Shown: positions 63,601 through 64,000 of the stretch, in pieces | Layout of the letters: every line of letters begins with the position of its first letter | Numbering within the stretch: the first letter of the stretch is position 1 | NCBI GenBank assembly: GCA_963836015.1 | Contig: CAWIIF010000004.1 | Span: 1,025,924 to 1,089,923 of the forward strand | Length of the DNA stretch: 64,000 bases | From: Bryobacterales bacterium | Lineage (GTDB): Bacteria > Acidobacteriota > Terriglobia > Bryobacterales > Bryobacteraceae | Reading direction: 5' to 3' | Program-made: the position numbers and the translations under genes | Notes under the pieces: generated by a model | The model's input: the letters and a program-made list of their open reading frames with translations, nothing else | Told to the model about the DNA's origin: nothing | Database searches by the model: none

Positions 63601-64000
63601 CGAACGGCATCTCCGGCGCCAACGGGTTAATCCTGTTTACCGGCAACCGCGCCACGATCCAGAAGTTCAGCGGCGAAACCGGCGGCGGCCGCATTGACCT
63701 TACCGGTTTTGCGAGCTACAGCGGCGGCCCGCTGGTATTTCACCTGCGCGCCGTGGCCAAGGAAGTGCGCGTGCGCTACCCCGAAGGGGTCAGCACGGTC
63801 GCCGACGCCAACCTGAGCTTCACCGGCACCACCGACCGCAGCAACCTTTCGGGCACGTTCACGATCCTGCGCACGGGCTTCACCATCCGGTCGGATTTCA
63901 CCTCCCTGATCGCGAAATCCTCGGAGCCGGTGCAGACTCCCTCCGCGCGCACCGGCCTGCTGGGCGGCCTGAACTTCGACATCCAGATCAATACCTCGCC
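60639..64000 (+). CDS. TamB/AsmA-like translocation-and-assembly protein, 5' part (open at the window end)
   Basis: ATG 60639 overlaps the upstream TGA (ATGA). The sequence reads MSRRRRYWAGGAVAAALLIAIAGAAWFL (N-terminal anchor), then repetitive beta-rich sequence, then ...INGRMEFQDAAFSVVDLPNGISGANGLILFTGNRATIQKFSGETGGGRIDLTGF near the end (DUF490-like). I spot-checked the frame around 60639-61200, 62000-62100, 62700-62820 and 63060-63720 and saw no stop. It is absent from the ORF track because there is no stop in the window. Confidence 0.75.
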   Translation, partial: MSRRRRYWAGGAVAAALLIAIAGAAWFLQSGWLREIVRARIVSAVESATGGRVEIGQVQFQWKQLRAEVASFTLHGSEPADKPPLFRASRISVGLKVLSALQRDIDIESLEIADPRIYLIVGSGGRTNIPEPKGKRGGANPLEAVVNLAIGRFDIRNGIFEVENRGQTPFDASGRNLNARLSYEAGGPRYRGKLSMQPLELRWPGYAPVPFGVDLAVSIERNRIGVDSAKLATGNSQLTLSGAVENLDAPTGRFRYQARVAVPDAVRILHLDGLERGTVEASGEGVWEGGSRFSASGSVRARDVDYRDSAVRLRDCRLDGTLAATSGGVEISGARVAGSYLSSLQRTDVSGGISKAALRRGELSLRGIALEALGGEFLGDGTLRDLDRFSVAGRISGIDARRAVALYSREAIPWDALASGEVSVEGSLRRRNEKQLSASLAIGPAGDGPPVHGQISARYDARTGVLDLGRSSMILPSSRADFSGALGHEMRVRLETRDLNDLLPAVGRSAGSVPVQLLPGGKLEFAGLAAGSLDHPRISGRLALEHFSVSGKEVDSLAGTLTASPDNVRIDDGTAAWKSLRARFRGAVALAEWQAGDTSQVFGDASLRGAAVADVLTLAAAAEFPLSGTLGGSAQFSGTVGRPMASGDFEIVKGALRNEPFDRFTGRLSYSGDTLELASGQVRAGAKQVQVAAAFHHPPQTFDSGRLHFQIATNPMPIDQIATLAKARPGIQGAVQVNASGDLDVTRRSGGTDFRLSALGAVVTASGLQYTGQPVGNARLAAHSEGQVLKASLYADLAESAVHGEGQWKLEGDYPGTATVTIANFDFVQLRPWLPTSAADRFSGSADGEIRIKGPVLKPEQLEAEVRLPKLNIAPPAKSGIPESLALHNSGPVIATLANSELTIQSARLAGRSTDITVTGKVKLSQKNPLDLRVNGQVDLQVLRDFDRSLAASGIVSTDATVRGELSNPQINGRMEFQDAAFSVVDLPNGISGANGLILFTGNRATIQKFSGETGGGRIDLTGFASYSGGPLVFHLRAVAKEVRVRYPEGVSTVADANLSFTGTTDRSNLSGTFTILRTGFTIRSDFTSLIAKSSEPVQTPSARTGLLGGLNFDIQINTS

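Overview
This is a GC-rich bacterial chromosome segment (GC judged by eye, not computed). It is most likely from Acidobacteriota of the Solibacter/Bryobacter type. The evidence for that is two ADOP-type duplicated orphan FtsX permeases, a large secreted protein ending in a TIGR03437 'Soli_cterm'-like domain, and Tat-signal Gfo/Idh/MocA oxidoreductases. I can support about 48 protein genes, one tRNA-Met, one fluoride riboswitch, two copies of a REP-like palindromic repeat and two pseudogene-like loci. Gene order runs as follows. adk (partial), then an hpnI/hpnJ hopanoid-glycolipid operon. Next a coaX-birA-nadC-valS run, a TPR protein and a UPF0182 membrane protein. Then a giant LamG/CBM surface protein, tandem YfhO-like paralogues (the second frameshifted) and tRNA-Met. 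Then hflX-hfq-hyp-dksA-like, the fluoride riboswitch with crcB and DUF190, an ADOP permease, and marR-yceI. Then cysDN, an M28 peptidase, and a sulfatase/oxidoreductase/FGE-fold/amidohydrolase glycan cluster with a decayed GH95 remnant. Then an ECF sigma factor with a Ser/Thr kinase, and a second ADOP permease. Then a tightly coupled run cobB-GT9-mtnP-(meaB::mce)-acd-Gfo-moeB. The window ends with Omp85/BamA-like, a SurA-N-like chaperone and a TamB-like gene that is open at the window end. I found no CRISPR array, transposase, integrase, phage gene or recognisable defence or toxin-antitoxin island, so this is mostly core genome. Four points deserve a second look. (1) A 51-nt REP-like double hairpin sits exactly in frame as the linker of a truncated-MeaB::methylmalonyl-CoA-epimerase fusion. 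(2) hfq and hflX are in the same frame, separated only by a TAG, and the conserved HflX N-terminus has no canonical start codon. (3) A pair of mini-EamA genes is translationally coupled between hpnJ and hpnI. (4) An ECF-sigma-linked kinase has the layout zinc ribbon, kinase, RDD, pseudokinase-like, RDD. All family calls come from reading translations and motif recall. No database search was run. Many long ORFs in the supplied track are antisense or out-of-frame shadows typical of high-GC DNA and were trimmed or rejected. Two real genes, adk and the tamB-like gene, are missing from the track because they run off the window ends.
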